This document shows, piece after piece, positions 11,517 to 22,900 of a DNA stretch of 64,000 nucleotides; positions within the stretch are counted from its first letter, which is position 1, and the number at the start of each line of letters is the position of its first letter. The DNA comes from Aestuariivirga sp. GTDB lineage: Bacteria; Pseudomonadota; Alphaproteobacteria; Rhizobiales; Aestuariivirgaceae. The translations under genes were made by a program, and so were the position numbers. The stretch lies in contig JAYVXY010000132.1 in the NCBI GenBank assembly GCA_043784785.1, positions 2,931 to 66,930 of the forward strand, given 5' to 3'. The notes under the pieces are model-generated. The model saw only the letters and a list, made by a program, of their open reading frames with translations, did not search any database and had not been told where the DNA came from.

Positions 11517-12290
11517 TCATTTATTCTTAAACTTAGGTGGCCGCTTTTCGAGGAAGGCGGCCATGCCTTCCTTTTGGTCGTGCAGATCAAACATGGAATG
11601 GATGAGTTTGCGCTCCACCTTCAAGCCTTCACTCATCGGCAGCTCAAAAGCAGCGAGAACAGCCTGCTTGGCCGCCCTGATAACAGATTGCGAAAGACCA
11701 GCAATTTTGGTGGCCAATGCCAGTGCTTCTTCTTGAAGTTTACCCACAGGCACAATGCGAGCCACAATACCTATGCGCTCGGCCTCGACGGCATCAATCA
11801 TTCGGCCTGTCAAAATCATCTCCATGGCTTTGGATTTGCCGATTGTCTGCGCCAATCTTTGTGTGCCGCCACCGCCTGGAATAATACCGATTGTGGCTTC
11901 GGGCAGGCTGAACTTTGCGGTGTCGCTGGCGATGATAATGTCACAGGCCAATGCAACTTCACAGCCGCCGCCCAAGGCAAAGCCCGATACCGCAGCGATC
12001 AAGGGCTTGGTAATGCTGTTGATATGATCCCATTCTTTGAGGAAATTTTGGGACGTCACTTCAGCGAATGTTTTGTCTTTCATTTCGCGGATGTCCGCGC
12101 CAGCGGCAAATGCCTTTTCGCTTCCGGTAACGATGATCGCACCTATATTTGCGTCAGCCTCAAAAGCATCAAGCGCCGTGTTCATCTCGATAATCAACGC
12201 CGTGTTCAAGGCATTGAGCGCCTTTGGTCTATTGAAAGTGATTACTCCAACACTGCCATTGGTTTCGGTGGTGATGTTTTCAAAAGTCAT
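11517..12290 (-). CDS. Enoyl-CoA hydratase
   Basis: AFAAGADI, GFALGGGCE, PEATIGIIPGGGGTQRL; start at ATG 12290 (longer ORF overlaps mutM); usual position downstream of mutM. Confidence 0.93.
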   Translation of the reverse strand: MTFENITTETNGSVGVITFNRPKALNALNTALIIEMNTALDAFEADANIGAIIVTGSEKAFAAGADIREMKDKTFAEVTSQNFLKEWDHINSITKPLIAAVSGFALGGGCEVALACDIIIASDTAKFSLPEATIGIIPGGGGTQRLAQTIGKSKAMEMILTGRMIDAVEAERIGIVARIVPVGKLQEEALALATKIAGLSQSVIRAAKQAVLAAFELPMSEGLKVERKLIHSMFDLHDQKEGMAAFLEKRPPKFKNK

Positions 12291-12298
12291 GCTTGATC

Positions 12299-13192
12299 CT
12301 ATTTTTGGCAGGTTGGGCAATAAAAGGTCGAACGGCCACTTTGCGTTATGCGTTTGATCTGGCCCGAACAACCCGAATTGTTGCAGTTTTCACCTTCGCG
12401 ATCATAAGCCGAAAAGCGTTGTTGGTAAGCCCCCTTTTCACCATCAGCCCCGACAAAATCCTGCAAGGTGGAACCGCCGGCAAAAATCGCATCATTCAAA
12501 ATATCTTTGATATGGCGCAGCAGATCGTCAAGGCGCGGATCGTGAGATTTAGCTTTCACCAGAGTCCCGGCTTTTCTCATCGGTGACAATCTGGCACGGT
12601 GCAGGGCTTCGCACACATAGATGTTGCCTAACCCTGCGATGATGCGCTGATCCAGCAAAGCTGCCTTGAGCGGTGCAGATTTGCCTCTGAATTTTTCAGC
12701 GACATATTCAGTGCTCAGTTCATTTCCGAGCGGCTCGATACCAATGTCTTTCAACAATTTGTGCTGGGCGAGATCCGGGGTATGAACCAGATCCATCATG
12801 CCGAAGCGGCGTGGATCGGAATAGACCAACCGCATCCCATTACCAAGGGTGAACACCACATGATCATGCGGCCCGTCAGCGTTCTGGTTGGCTCCCGTTT
12901 CAAAATAGAATTCCCCCAGATTGGTGCTGTCGCCTTCAGGCTTCAGCGCCGTGAAACGGCCTGTCATGCCAAGATGGGTGATGAGGGTTCGGTCATTATT
13001 CAAATCAATCAATATATATTTGGCGCGGCGAGTGAGGCCCAAAACTCGAGCCCCTTTCAGTTTGGCCGCAAAATCAGGCGGAAACGGAAAGCGCAAATTG
13101 GCGCGGCGCAACTGCACGTCTGCAATGACTTGGCCAAGCAATATCGGCTCCAAGCCGCGTTTTACAGTTTCAACTTCTGGCAATTCTGGCAT
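12299..13192 (-). CDS. mutM: Formamidopyrimidine-DNA glycosylase Fpg/MutM
   Basis: N-terminal MPELPEVET, HLGMTG, DPRRFG, GLGNIY, C-terminal zinc finger C..C...CPTCQ. Confidence 0.98.
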   Translation of the reverse strand: MPELPEVETVKRGLEPILLGQVIADVQLRRANLRFPFPPDFAAKLKGARVLGLTRRAKYILIDLNNDRTLITHLGMTGRFTALKPEGDSTNLGEFYFETGANQNADGPHDHVVFTLGNGMRLVYSDPRRFGMMDLVHTPDLAQHKLLKDIGIEPLGNELSTEYVAEKFRGKSAPLKAALLDQRIIAGLGNIYVCEALHRARLSPMRKAGTLVKAKSHDPRLDDLLRHIKDILNDAIFAGGSTLQDFVGADGEKGAYQQRFSAYDREGENCNNSGCSGQIKRITQSGRSTFYCPTCQK

Positions 13193-13255
13193 GGTTAACC
13201 CTGTAATGAGCTGCGCCAACACTGGCAATAGAAGTCTTGTGACGAATGCACTATC

Positions 13256-14035
13256 TTGAGCGCCATGACCCAAGAAAATGATCATAAGCCCGAAGCTGCC
13301 TTTGGCTTTAGGCAGGTGCCAGAAGCCGAAAAGCAGGGCCTTGTAAACGAGGTTTTTTCCAAGGCCGCCGCCCGTTATGACCAGATGAATGATCTGATGT
13401 CATCAGGCCTGCATAGGTTGTGGAAGGATGACATGATCACCATGCTCAATCCGCCCAAGAATGACCGCGCCTTCAATGTGCTGGATGTGGCTGGTGGAAC
13501 GGGTGATATCGCGTTTCGAATTCTTGACGCTGGCGGTTCCGGCACGCGGGTGACGATTGCCGATATTTCTCCGGAAATGGTGGGAGAAGGCCAAAAGCGT
13601 GGCGAGGCTGAGGGTCGCTTGGGACGCTGTTCATTTACGGTGGGCAATGCCGAGGCTTTGGCTTTTCCAAGCAGCAGTTTTGATGCCTACACGATCGCCT
13701 TTGGCATTCGCAATGTGACCCATATTGATAAGGCGCTGGCCGAGGCTTACCGCGTTTTGAAACCTGGCGGGCGCTTCATGTGCCTGGAATTTTCCCACAT
13801 GGATATGGACTGGGCGCAGAAGATTTATGATTCCTATTCCTTCACTGTAATTCCTGCTGTCGGCAAAGTTGTAACCGGCGATGGCCAACCCTATCGCTAT
13901 CTCGTTGAAAGCATACGTATGTTCCCCAAGCAGGAAGCCTTTGCAGAGATGATCCGCGCTGCCGGTTTCTCGCGGGTGAGCTACCGCAATCTGACGGGTG
14001 GGGTGGTGGCTATTCATTCGGGCTGGCGCATTTAA
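13256..14035 (+). CDS. ubiE: Ubiquinone/menaquinone C-methyltransferase UbiE
   Basis: [39 protein letters not shown]; upstream of ubiB. Confidence 0.97.
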   Translation: MSAMTQENDHKPEAAFGFRQVPEAEKQGLVNEVFSKAAARYDQMNDLMSSGLHRLWKDDMITMLNPPKNDRAFNVLDVAGGTGDIAFRILDAGGSGTRVTIADISPEMVGEGQKRGEAEGRLGRCSFTVGNAEALAFPSSSFDAYTIAFGIRNVTHIDKALAEAYRVLKPGGRFMCLEFSHMDMDWAQKIYDSYSFTVIPAVGKVVTGDGQPYRYLVESIRMFPKQEAFAEMIRAAGFSRVSYRNLTGGVVAIHSGWRI

Positions 14036-15561
14036 TGAGCAATCCCATTTCCAACACGGCGCGGCTGCTGCATGCAGGATTTGTCTTGGCGCGTTATGAT
14101 GCCTTGATGCCGTCAGAACAGTTGGCGCAAGCACCATGGCCCGTGCGCGCGGTTTTGAAGGTCGCCAAGTTTGGCCGGTCTGGCGAGGTTACTGGCGGAC
14201 AACAAAACCAGCTTACCACCGCACTCACGTTATTGGGCCCCAGCTATATTAAGCTGGGGCAGTTTCTGGCCACGCGCCCAGACATTATCGGCGCCAAGCG
14301 GGCATTTGAACTGAAAGCTTTGCAAGACCGTCTGCCGCCTTTTGCGGATGTGGAAGCACGGAAAATTGTAGAAGCCGAATTGGGCAAACCCATTGCACAA
14401 CTTTTCAAATTATTTGGGCCTTCCATTGCTGCGGCCTCCATCGCGCAAGTTCATAAATGCGTGACGCTGGATGGGCGTGAAGTGGCCGTAAAAATTTTAC
14501 GCCCCGGTGTGGAAAAACGCTTTGCCAATGATTTAAACAGTTTGGCCTTTGCAGCACGGATGGCCGAGCGCTTCGTTAAGGAAGGCCAGCGGTTAAGACC
14601 CGTTGCTGCTGTGGGCATGCTTGAAGATTCTATGAAGCTGGAACTTGATTTGCGCATGGAAGCGGCAGCACTTTCTGAGATTGCGCAAAATGCCAAGGAT
14701 GATCCAGGCTTTCGTGTACCTGCCGTTGATTGGGCATTAAGTGCAAAACGTGTTTTGACGACCGAGTGGATTGACGGCACGCCGATGGCGGACGTTCCGA
14801 CCCTGCGCGCCAAGGGATTTGACCTCAATGCTTTGGGCAATACCGTAATCCAAAGTTTTTTGCGCCACGCCATTCGCGACGGATTTTTTCATGCCGACAT
14901 GCATCAAGGCAACTTGATTGTTGATGATAAAGGCACATTGGTCGCTTTTGATTTCGGCATCACAGGCAGGCTTTCGGAGGGTGACCGGCTTTTCCTTGCT
15001 GAAATTCTTTATGGCTTCATCACGCGGGATTATTTGCGCATTGCGCAGGTGCATTTTGATGCCGGCTATGTTCCCGCCACACAGGATGTGAATACCTTTG
15101 CGCAAGCATTACGCGCCATTGGCGAGCCAATCATGGGGCTTCCGGCTGAACAGATTTCGATGTCGCGTCTGCTCACACAGCTTTTTGAAGTGACTGAGCA
15201 GTTCCAAATGCAAACTCAACCACAGCTCTTGCTTTTGCAAAAAACCATGGTGGTGACGGAAGGTGTGGCGCGAACGCTGAATCCCCATCTCAATATCTGG
15301 AAAGCGGGCGAGCCTGTGGTGCGCCAATGGATCGAGCGGAAATTGGGGCCATTGGGCAAACTCGAGCAATTGGGAGGTGGCGCAAGATCACTTGCCGGTC
15401 TGGTGCTTCGCGTGCCAGAAATCTTGCAGGAAGCCCATGGTTTCACGCGAACATTACAAGCCTTAGCCGAGCAGAAGCCTGTGCAACGCTGGCATGTGCC
15501 AGCCCTTTGGGTGGGAGCATTGGCATTGGTTGTGATTGCCCTCAAGCTTGTGCTTAAATAG
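14035..15561 (+). CDS. ubiB: Ubiquinone biosynthesis protein kinase-like UbiB
   Basis: LGPSYIKLGQFLATRPD, AAASIAQVH, VAVKILRP, FFHADMHQGN. Confidence 0.96.
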   Translation: MSNPISNTARLLHAGFVLARYDALMPSEQLAQAPWPVRAVLKVAKFGRSGEVTGGQQNQLTTALTLLGPSYIKLGQFLATRPDIIGAKRAFELKALQDRLPPFADVEARKIVEAELGKPIAQLFKLFGPSIAAASIAQVHKCVTLDGREVAVKILRPGVEKRFANDLNSLAFAARMAERFVKEGQRLRPVAAVGMLEDSMKLELDLRMEAAALSEIAQNAKDDPGFRVPAVDWALSAKRVLTTEWIDGTPMADVPTLRAKGFDLNALGNTVIQSFLRHAIRDGFFHADMHQGNLIVDDKGTLVAFDFGITGRLSEGDRLFLAEILYGFITRDYLRIAQVHFDAGYVPATQDVNTFAQALRAIGEPIMGLPAEQISMSRLLTQLFEVTEQFQMQTQPQLLLLQKTMVVTEGVARTLNPHLNIWKAGEPVVRQWIERKLGPLGKLEQLGGGARSLAGLVLRVPEILQEAHGFTRTLQALAEQKPVQRWHVPALWVGALALVVIALKLVLK

Positions 15562-15564
15562 GCT

Positions 15565-16755
15565 ATGAGCAAATCCGTTCTCCTCATTATTGGTGGTGGC
15601 ATTGCCGCTTACAAAAGCTTGGAATTGATCAGGCTTCTTAAGGGTCGCGGCATTGCCGTGCGCGCCATCATGACCAAGGCGGCGGAAGAATTTGTAACGC
15701 CCTTATCCGTGGCCAGCCTTTCAGGCGAAAAAGTCCATGATGCCTTGTTCAATCTCACTGATGAGGTTGAGATGGGCCATATTGAACTTTCCCGTTCGGC
15801 AGATCTGGTTGTGGTGGCCCCCGCCACCGCTGATTTGATGGCGAAGATGGCGGGCGGTTCAGCCAATGATTTGGCATCCACAACATTGCTCGCCACTGAT
15901 AAGCAGGTGTTGATTGCGCCGGCCATGAATGTGTGGATGTGGCTGCATGCCGCCACGCAGCGCAACATCGCCACGCTGAAAAAAGACGGCATCCATTTCG
16001 TTGGGCCCAATGAAGGCGATATGGCTTGTGGTGAATTTGGGCCGGGGCGCATGGCTGAACCCATCGAGATTGTGGCGGCGATCGAGAAGCTATTATCACC
16101 AGCCGCGAACCCGCTACTTGGTAAAAAGATTTTGATCACTGCAGGTCCAACGCGTGAGCCGATTGATCCCGTGCGTTATATTTCCAATCATTCCTCTGGC
16201 AAACAGGGCTACGCGATTGCGGAGGTGGCACGAGATTTGGGGGCCGACGTGACTTTGATTTCAGGGCCTGTATCTTTGTCTGCGCCAACAGGTGTGAAGG
16301 TGGTAGGCGTACAAACGGCAGATGAAATGCTCACAGCGTGTAATGGTAACTATGATGTAGCGATCTGTGCCGCAGCCGTGGCAGATTGGAAAGTGGCCAA
16401 CCCTGCCGCCAGCAAAATCAAAAAAGCTAAATCCGGTGAATTGCCTTCGCTCTCATTTGTTGAGAATCCCGATATTTTGGCAATACTTTCCAAAGCCGGA
16501 AAGTCACGAGCGCAGTTGGTTGTGGGCTTCGCGGCTGAAACTGAAAACGTGATTGAATACGCCAAGGCCAAGCTGGTCAAAAAAAAATGTGACCTCATCA
16601 TTGCAAATGATGTGAGCGAGGCTTCGGGTGTGTTTGGCAGCGATCAAAATCTTGTTCATCTGGTGAGCGCCAAAGGCGTTGAGACTTGGCCGCGGCTTTC
16701 CAAAGTTGAAGTCGCCAAGCGCCTCATGGAGCATCTTGCGGCATTGTTGCAATGA
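15565..16755 (+). CDS. coaBC: Bifunctional phosphopantothenoylcysteine decarboxylase / phosphopantothenate--cysteine ligase
   Basis: [53 protein letters not shown]. Confidence 0.97.
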   Translation: MSKSVLLIIGGGIAAYKSLELIRLLKGRGIAVRAIMTKAAEEFVTPLSVASLSGEKVHDALFNLTDEVEMGHIELSRSADLVVVAPATADLMAKMAGGSANDLASTTLLATDKQVLIAPAMNVWMWLHAATQRNIATLKKDGIHFVGPNEGDMACGEFGPGRMAEPIEIVAAIEKLLSPAANPLLGKKILITAGPTREPIDPVRYISNHSSGKQGYAIAEVARDLGADVTLISGPVSLSAPTGVKVVGVQTADEMLTACNGNYDVAICAAAVADWKVANPAASKIKKAKSGELPSLSFVENPDILAILSKAGKSRAQLVVGFAAETENVIEYAKAKLVKKKCDLIIANDVSEASGVFGSDQNLVHLVSAKGVETWPRLSKVEVAKRLMEHLAALLQ

Positions 16756-17189
16756 AAGTGCAGATCATGCGCTTGGCAAATGGTGCAGATTTGGCGCTGC
16801 CGTCTTATGCAACGGTTGGCGCTGCAGGACTGGATTTGAGATCCGCCGAGGCACTTACAATCAAATCTCGCTCGCGCGCGCTTGTCGCCACCGGTATTGC
16901 CATTGCATTGCCGCCAGGTTTCGAGGCGCAAGTGCGGCCGCGCTCGGGTCTAGCTGTGAAACATGGTGTGACGGTGTTGAATGCGCCGGGCACGATTGAT
17001 TGCGATTATCGTGGCGAAATTAAAGTACCGATGATCAATCACGGTGATGAAGATTTTGTGATTGCGCGCGGCGACCGCATTGCGCAGATGGTGATTTCTC
17101 CAGCGCCACAATTTGCTTTGGAAGAGGTTTCAACACTCGATGAAACTCGGCGTGGTGTTGGCGGCTTTGGTTCATCGGGGAGAAGTTGA
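16752..17189 (+). CDS. dut: dUTP diphosphatase
   Basis: [39 protein letters not shown]. Confidence 0.97.
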   Translation: MKVQIMRLANGADLALPSYATVGAAGLDLRSAEALTIKSRSRALVATGIAIALPPGFEAQVRPRSGLAVKHGVTVLNAPGTIDCDYRGEIKVPMINHGDEDFVIARGDRIAQMVISPAPQFALEEVSTLDETRRGVGGFGSSGRS

Positions 17190-18001
17190 TGGCCTTATCC
17201 CCCAAAGAAATCGAACGCTATGCCCGCCATATTGTTTTGCCGGAAGTGGGTGGGCCGGGACAGAATAAACTTAAGTCGGCGAAAGTGCTGGTTGTCGGTG
17301 CCGGTGGATTGGGTGCACCCATTCTGCTCTATCTCGCAGCTGCGGGTATTGGCACGATTGGCATTTGCGATCATGATGTTGTCTCGCTTTCAAACTTGCA
17401 GCGCCAAGTGATCCATACCACGGCAACAATCGGGAAACTCAAAACCCAAAGTGCGGCTGAAATGATGCAAGCCATTAATCCACATGTGAATGTGGTGCAG
17501 CACACTTCGCGCATTGAAGCGGAAAATGCTCTCGAGCTGATCAGCCACTATGATGTGGTGTGTGATGCCTGCGATAATTTCAACACGCGGTTTTTGGTGG
17601 CAGATGCCTGTTATTTTGCCAAGAAGCCCCTGATATCTGCCGCCGTTGGCCAGTTTGATGGACAGATATCAACATTCAAACCCTATTTGAAATCACCATC
17701 GGGTGATCCTTTCCCTACTTATCGCTGTTTCATAGGCGATCTGCCAGAGCGCGGATTATTTCCAGCTTGCGAGGAAGCGGGCATATTGGGCGCACTGCCC
17801 GGCATCCTGGGTTCCATGCAGGCAATGGAGGCAATCAAGGAAATTCTGGAGATTGGCGAGAGCCTGGCGGGGCGTATTTTAATGTATGATGCTTTGTTCG
17901 CGCGCTTCTTTGAAACGAAGCTGGCTTGGAATCCCGACAATCCACTCAATGGCCGCAATCCATCCGTGCTTGATATAAGAGCCGAGAATTACAAAACATA
18001 A
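17186..18001 (+). CDS. moeB: MoeB/ThiF-family adenylyltransferase
   Basis: [29 protein letters not shown]. Confidence 0.88.
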   Translation: MMALSPKEIERYARHIVLPEVGGPGQNKLKSAKVLVVGAGGLGAPILLYLAAAGIGTIGICDHDVVSLSNLQRQVIHTTATIGKLKTQSAAEMMQAINPHVNVVQHTSRIEAENALELISHYDVVCDACDNFNTRFLVADACYFAKKPLISAAVGQFDGQISTFKPYLKSPSGDPFPTYRCFIGDLPERGLFPACEEAGILGALPGILGSMQAMEAIKEILEIGESLAGRILMYDALFARFFETKLAWNPDNPLNGRNPSVLDIRAENYKT

Positions 18002-18013
18002 ATGAGAGTGTGA

Positions 18014-19054
18014 ATGATGAAGGCACTGGTGCTTGAAAAGAAAATGGTGCTCACACTTCGCGATATTGAGCTTCCCTCAAAAGTCGGGCCAGACGATGTG
18101 AAAATTGCAATACACACTGTCGGCGTATGTGGCAGTGATGTGCATTATTATACGCATGGGGCCATTGGAAAATTTGTGGTGAATTCGCCCATGGTTCTGG
18201 GCCATGAGGCCTCAGGCACAGTCGTTGAGCTTGGTGCAAATGTAAAATCTCTAAATTTGGGTGACCGTGTGTGCATGGAGCCCGGTGTGGCCAACATGAA
18301 TTCACGGGCCACAAAATTGGGACTCTATAATCTCGATCGTGATCTGACATTTTGGGCCACGCCACCTGATCATGGTTGCCTCACGCCGCATGTGGTTCAT
18401 CCCGCGGCCTTCACTTACAAATTGCCGGATCATGTTTCATTCGCCGAGGGTGCCATGGTTGAACCATTCGCGGTTGGGATGCAGGCGGCCACCCGCGCGC
18501 GCATCAAGCCAGGCGATGTGGGATTGGTTACGGGCTGCGGGCCCATTGGCATTATGGTCGCGCTGGCGGCTTTGGCCGGAGGCTGTTCTAAAGTTTTGAT
18601 TTCCGATGTTTCAGCACCCAAGTTGAAGATCGCTGCACAGTATCCCGGCATTTTCCCGGTGAATGTACGGGAGCAAAAACTCGAAAATGAAGTGCGCCAA
18701 GCGACTGATGGCTGGGGCGTTGATGTTTTGTTTGAAGCCAGTGGCAGTTCAAGAGTTTATCCGACCATGTTTGACATGGTGCGGCCCGGTGGAGCCGTAG
18801 TCATTGTGGGCATTCCAGTTGAGCCCGTCGATTTTAATGTGGCGGCTGCTGTTGTAAATGAATTGCGCATCGAAACCGTGTTTCGTTATGCCAATGTTTA
18901 TGACCGGGCCATTGACCTCATCGCATCCGGCAAAGTCAATCTCAACCCCTTGATCAGCGAAACTTTTGACTTTGATGACAGCATCAAGGCGTTCGAACGC
19001 GCCGCCGAAGGTCGCCCAACGGATGTGAAGTTACAAATTCGCGTCGGGACGTGA
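18014..19054 (+). CDS. Zn-dependent polyol dehydrogenase (xylitol/sorbitol dehydrogenase-like, MDR family)
   Basis: [31 protein letters not shown]; lacks the four-Cys structural Zn loop. Confidence 0.88.
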   Translation: MMKALVLEKKMVLTLRDIELPSKVGPDDVKIAIHTVGVCGSDVHYYTHGAIGKFVVNSPMVLGHEASGTVVELGANVKSLNLGDRVCMEPGVANMNSRATKLGLYNLDRDLTFWATPPDHGCLTPHVVHPAAFTYKLPDHVSFAEGAMVEPFAVGMQAATRARIKPGDVGLVTGCGPIGIMVALAALAGGCSKVLISDVSAPKLKIAAQYPGIFPVNVREQKLENEVRQATDGWGVDVLFEASGSSRVYPTMFDMVRPGGAVVIVGIPVEPVDFNVAAAVVNELRIETVFRYANVYDRAIDLIASGKVNLNPLISETFDFDDSIKAFERAAEGRPTDVKLQIRVGT

Positions 19055-19081
19055 TTGGTGATGGCGCGGCACATCATCCAT

Positions 19082-19903
19082 CTATTTCGATAGAATATCG
19101 ATCATGGCTTCGGCCGCGGCTGGTGCTCGTTCCTTCGCGCCGTTGATGAAATAGACAAACACATCTCGCGATTTGCGTGGTTTGCCGCAAGGTGCAAAGA
19201 GTGGAAATTGTTCTGTTTCTCCGCCGCTCTCCCAGGCACGGGCCAATTTTGCCCACATTTTCAGAGGCTCTGGCCCATAACCGGTTTCGATTTCAGCATT
19301 GGCATCTTGCAGGCGCAGATACACAAAGTCTGAGGTGATGTCGGCAATCAGAGGATATTTCGGGTTATCGGCAAGCACCACACCAATATTGGCTTTACGA
19401 GCCTGAAGGATGAAATCTTGCGTCTGAAAACTCTCGTGCCGCACCTCCAGAACATGGCGCAAAGTTTTACCGTCAATGCTCTGTGGCAATAGCGAGAGAA
19501 AGGCCGCAATGTCACCAGCATCATATTTTTTGAATGGCGGCAATTGCCACAAGATTGGGCCAAGCTTTGCTTTCAGTTCGCCCACACCGCTCTCGAAAAA
19601 CTTGTTGATTGAGGGGCCGGCCTCGGCGAGCACCTTTCGGTTCACGGCAAATCGTGGTGCCTTTAGTGAAAATATGAAATCATCCGGCGTTTCATCGGCC
19701 CAACGCCTGAAGGTGCTGGGGGTGAATGTGCTGTAGAATGTGCCATTGACCTCAATTGACGTCACGCGACGGCTGGCATGATAGAGTTCCTTGGTCTTGG
19801 GCAACTTCTCTGGAAAGAACGTGCCGCGCCATGGTTCATAAGTCCATCCCCCAATTCCAACCTTGATCATTTTCATCTCCTCTCTTTGATGCAGTTCCCG
19901 CAA
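19082..19903 (-). CDS. DUF72 domain protein
   Basis: VGIGGWTY..W, IEVNGTFY, FSLKAPR, LGPILWQLPP, YLRLQ; start may be about 19870. Confidence 0.88.
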   Translation of the reverse strand: MRELHQREEMKMIKVGIGGWTYEPWRGTFFPEKLPKTKELYHASRRVTSIEVNGTFYSTFTPSTFRRWADETPDDFIFSLKAPRFAVNRKVLAEAGPSINKFFESGVGELKAKLGPILWQLPPFKKYDAGDIAAFLSLLPQSIDGKTLRHVLEVRHESFQTQDFILQARKANIGVVLADNPKYPLIADITSDFVYLRLQDANAEIETGYGPEPLKMWAKLARAWESGGETEQFPLFAPCGKPRKSRDVFVYFINGAKERAPAAAEAMIDILSK

Positions 19904-19912
19904 TATTACACC

Positions 19913-22900
19913 TTAATGAAAATCGCGAGACTTGGGGACTGTACGCACATTGCGGGGGTGGCGGTGTTTTGCAGCTTGTGACCGTATGGGAGGTGCCTCA
20001 TTGATATCTTCGGAGAGCCTGCCCAATTCATACGACCGATCAAAAATCCGCTCGGCCACCAGATGCACCACGCCCTCGGGGCTGCGTTGAACCTTGCCCT
20101 CCACAAGCAACAGCCTCCCGCCCATAATTTCGCGTCTGAAAGTTTCAACCAGTTTTGGCCAAACCACAACATTGGTGACACTGGCCTCATCACTCAAGGT
20201 GATGAAGACAACGCCAGCATCGCCGGGCATTTGCCGTGTGAGCACGATGCCGGCACAGGAAGCGCGCTGGCCATCCTTGGCTTTCCAGATTTCAGCACAA
20301 TTCAAAACGCCTTCACTTTTGAACAGGTCACGCAGGAAAAACATGAGATGGGCGCGCAACGACAGGCGCAGCATTTGATAATCGGCCAGAACATGCTCGC
20401 TTAAAGGTATGGGCGGCAGGGGTGCTATTTCTTCCTCGGGTTGCTCCTCCACATATTGCACGGCAAAGAGCGGTAAATCCTCATCATCAGGAATGCGGCG
20501 TACGGCCCAAAGAATTTCACGACGATCCTGGGCTATGGATTGAAAACAGTCAGCTTCGGCCAGAATGATAAGGGCACGTTTGGGCAATTTGGTCCGCCGC
20601 GCCACATCATCCACCGCGTCATAACCATTGTTCCGTTTGAACAGCAGCGTGTTGGCCCAGTTTTCGCGGAAACCATCAATCTGGCGGAAACCCAATCGAA
20701 GCGCCAGAGAACCGTCGTTGCAAAGCTCCAGCGTATTATCCCAATGACTGAAATTGACATCAACATGGCGGGTTTCAACATCATGCTCCACCGCATCGCG
20801 CACAATTTCAGCAGGTGCATAAAAGCCCATGGGCTGCGAATTCAAAAGGGCTGCAGCAAAGGCGGCGGGGTGATGCTTCTTGATCCAGGCCGAAATATAA
20901 ACCAGATGGGCAAAGCTGGCGGCATGGCTTTCTGGAAAGCCGTAAGAGCCAAAGCCTTCAATCTGTTTGAAGCAACGTTCGGCAAAATCCTGCTGATAAC
21001 CGCGCGTCACCATGCGACCCACAAACATGCCTTTAAAATTATCGATGGTGCCAACATTACGAAAGGTCGCCATTGCACGGCGTAAACCATTAGCATCTTC
21101 CGGTGTAAATTTTGCAGCCACAATGGCAAGCTTCATGGCCTGTTCTTGGAATAGCGGAACGCCCATTGTTTTGCTCAATACATTAAACAATTCATCGGCA
21201 GGGCCATGTTCTGGCGCAGGTGATGGGTATTCGACCTTTTCAACACCACTGCGCCGCCTGAGATAGGGGTGCACCATGTCACCCTGAATGGGGCCGGGGC
21301 GCACAATCGCAACTTCAATAACGAGATCGTAGAATTCCGCAGGTTTTAACCGTGGCAACATATTCATTTGTGCCCGGCTTTCCACTTGGAATACACCGAT
21401 GGCATCAGCTTTTTGCAGCATTTCATAAACTACGGGATCTTCGCGCTCCACATTGGCAAGATCAAAAGACTTACCCTCGTGAATGCGGATGAGATCAAAG
21501 GCTTTACGAATGCAGGTGAGCATGCCCAGCGCCAGCACATCTACCTTCATCATGCGCAAGGTATCAATGTCGTCCTTGTCCCACTCAATAAAATAGCGAT
21601 TCTCCATCGTGGCAGGGCCGATCGGCACACACTCGTCCAACCGATCTTGTGTCAGCACGAAGCCACCAACATGTTGTGAAAGATGGCGCGGAAAGCCGAT
21701 CAACTCATTGGCGGCCTTCATGGCGCGGGCCACCAGCTTGTTCGATGGATCGAGACGGCCCTGCCTGATGTGATTGTCCTTCACGCCACTGCCCCAACTA
21801 CCCCATATGCTGCTGGAGAGATTGGCGGTGATGTCCTCCGTTAAACCAAACACTTTACCCGCCTCGCGAATGGCACTGCGCGGGCGATAGCAGATCACTG
21901 TGGCCGTTAGCGCCGCACGGTGATGACCATAGCGCTTATATACATTCTGAATGACTTCCTCACGCCGCTCATGCTCGAAATCAACGTCAATGTCGGGTGG
22001 TTCCTTGCGCTCCTGGCTGATGAAGCGTTCAAATAAAAGATCAACCTGCATGGGATCGACGGCGGTTATCCCAAGCACATAGCATACGGCGGAATTGGCG
22101 GCCGAGCCGCGGCCCTGACAGAGAATGTTCTGGTTTCTGGCGAAACTTACGATGTCGTGAACAGTCAAAAAATAGGCGGCAATCTCCATCTCATTGATGA
22201 GTGCCAGTTCTTTCTCCAGCGTCGCTCGCACCTTGTCGGGAATAATGCCTGAATAGCGTGCTGTTGCGCCTTCCCAAGTGAGATTAGTCAAATGCTGTTG
22301 TGCCGTTTTTCCCTTTGGCACGGGCTCGTCGGGATAATTATATTTGAGCTGATCAAGAGTAAAGTTGATCAGGTCCGCAAACCGAATGGATTGTGCGATG
22401 GCGTCGGGTGCTTCACAGAAAAGCTCTGCCATTTCATCTGGCGATTTCAAATGACGCTCGGCATTGGCCTCAAGCAGGCGGCCTGCTTCATTGAGTGTTG
22501 TGTGCTCGCGAATGCAGGTTACAACATCGTGGAGTTCGCGGCGTTCGGGACAATGATAGAGCACATCATTGGTGGCCAGTAATGGAACGCCGATTGTATC
22601 GCTCAGGCATTTAAAATGCGCCAAGCGCCTTTGATCATCTCCATGATGCGGCATGGATACGCCAAGCCATATTCTATCGGGTGCGGCTTGATTTATGAAT
22701 TGCAAAAGCGATTTAAGATCAGAACCTGTATAATCATATTTGTTTTCACCCAAACCCGTCATTCCCGCGAAAGCGGGAATCCATGTTTGCGAAGAACTCG
22801 TCGTTGAAAGGAAGCTGGCTTCCCGTTTTCGCGGGAATGACGAGGTGAGAGGAGCGGGAATGGCGGGTTGGGGGGAGTGGGAGAATGACGGTTCAATCTC

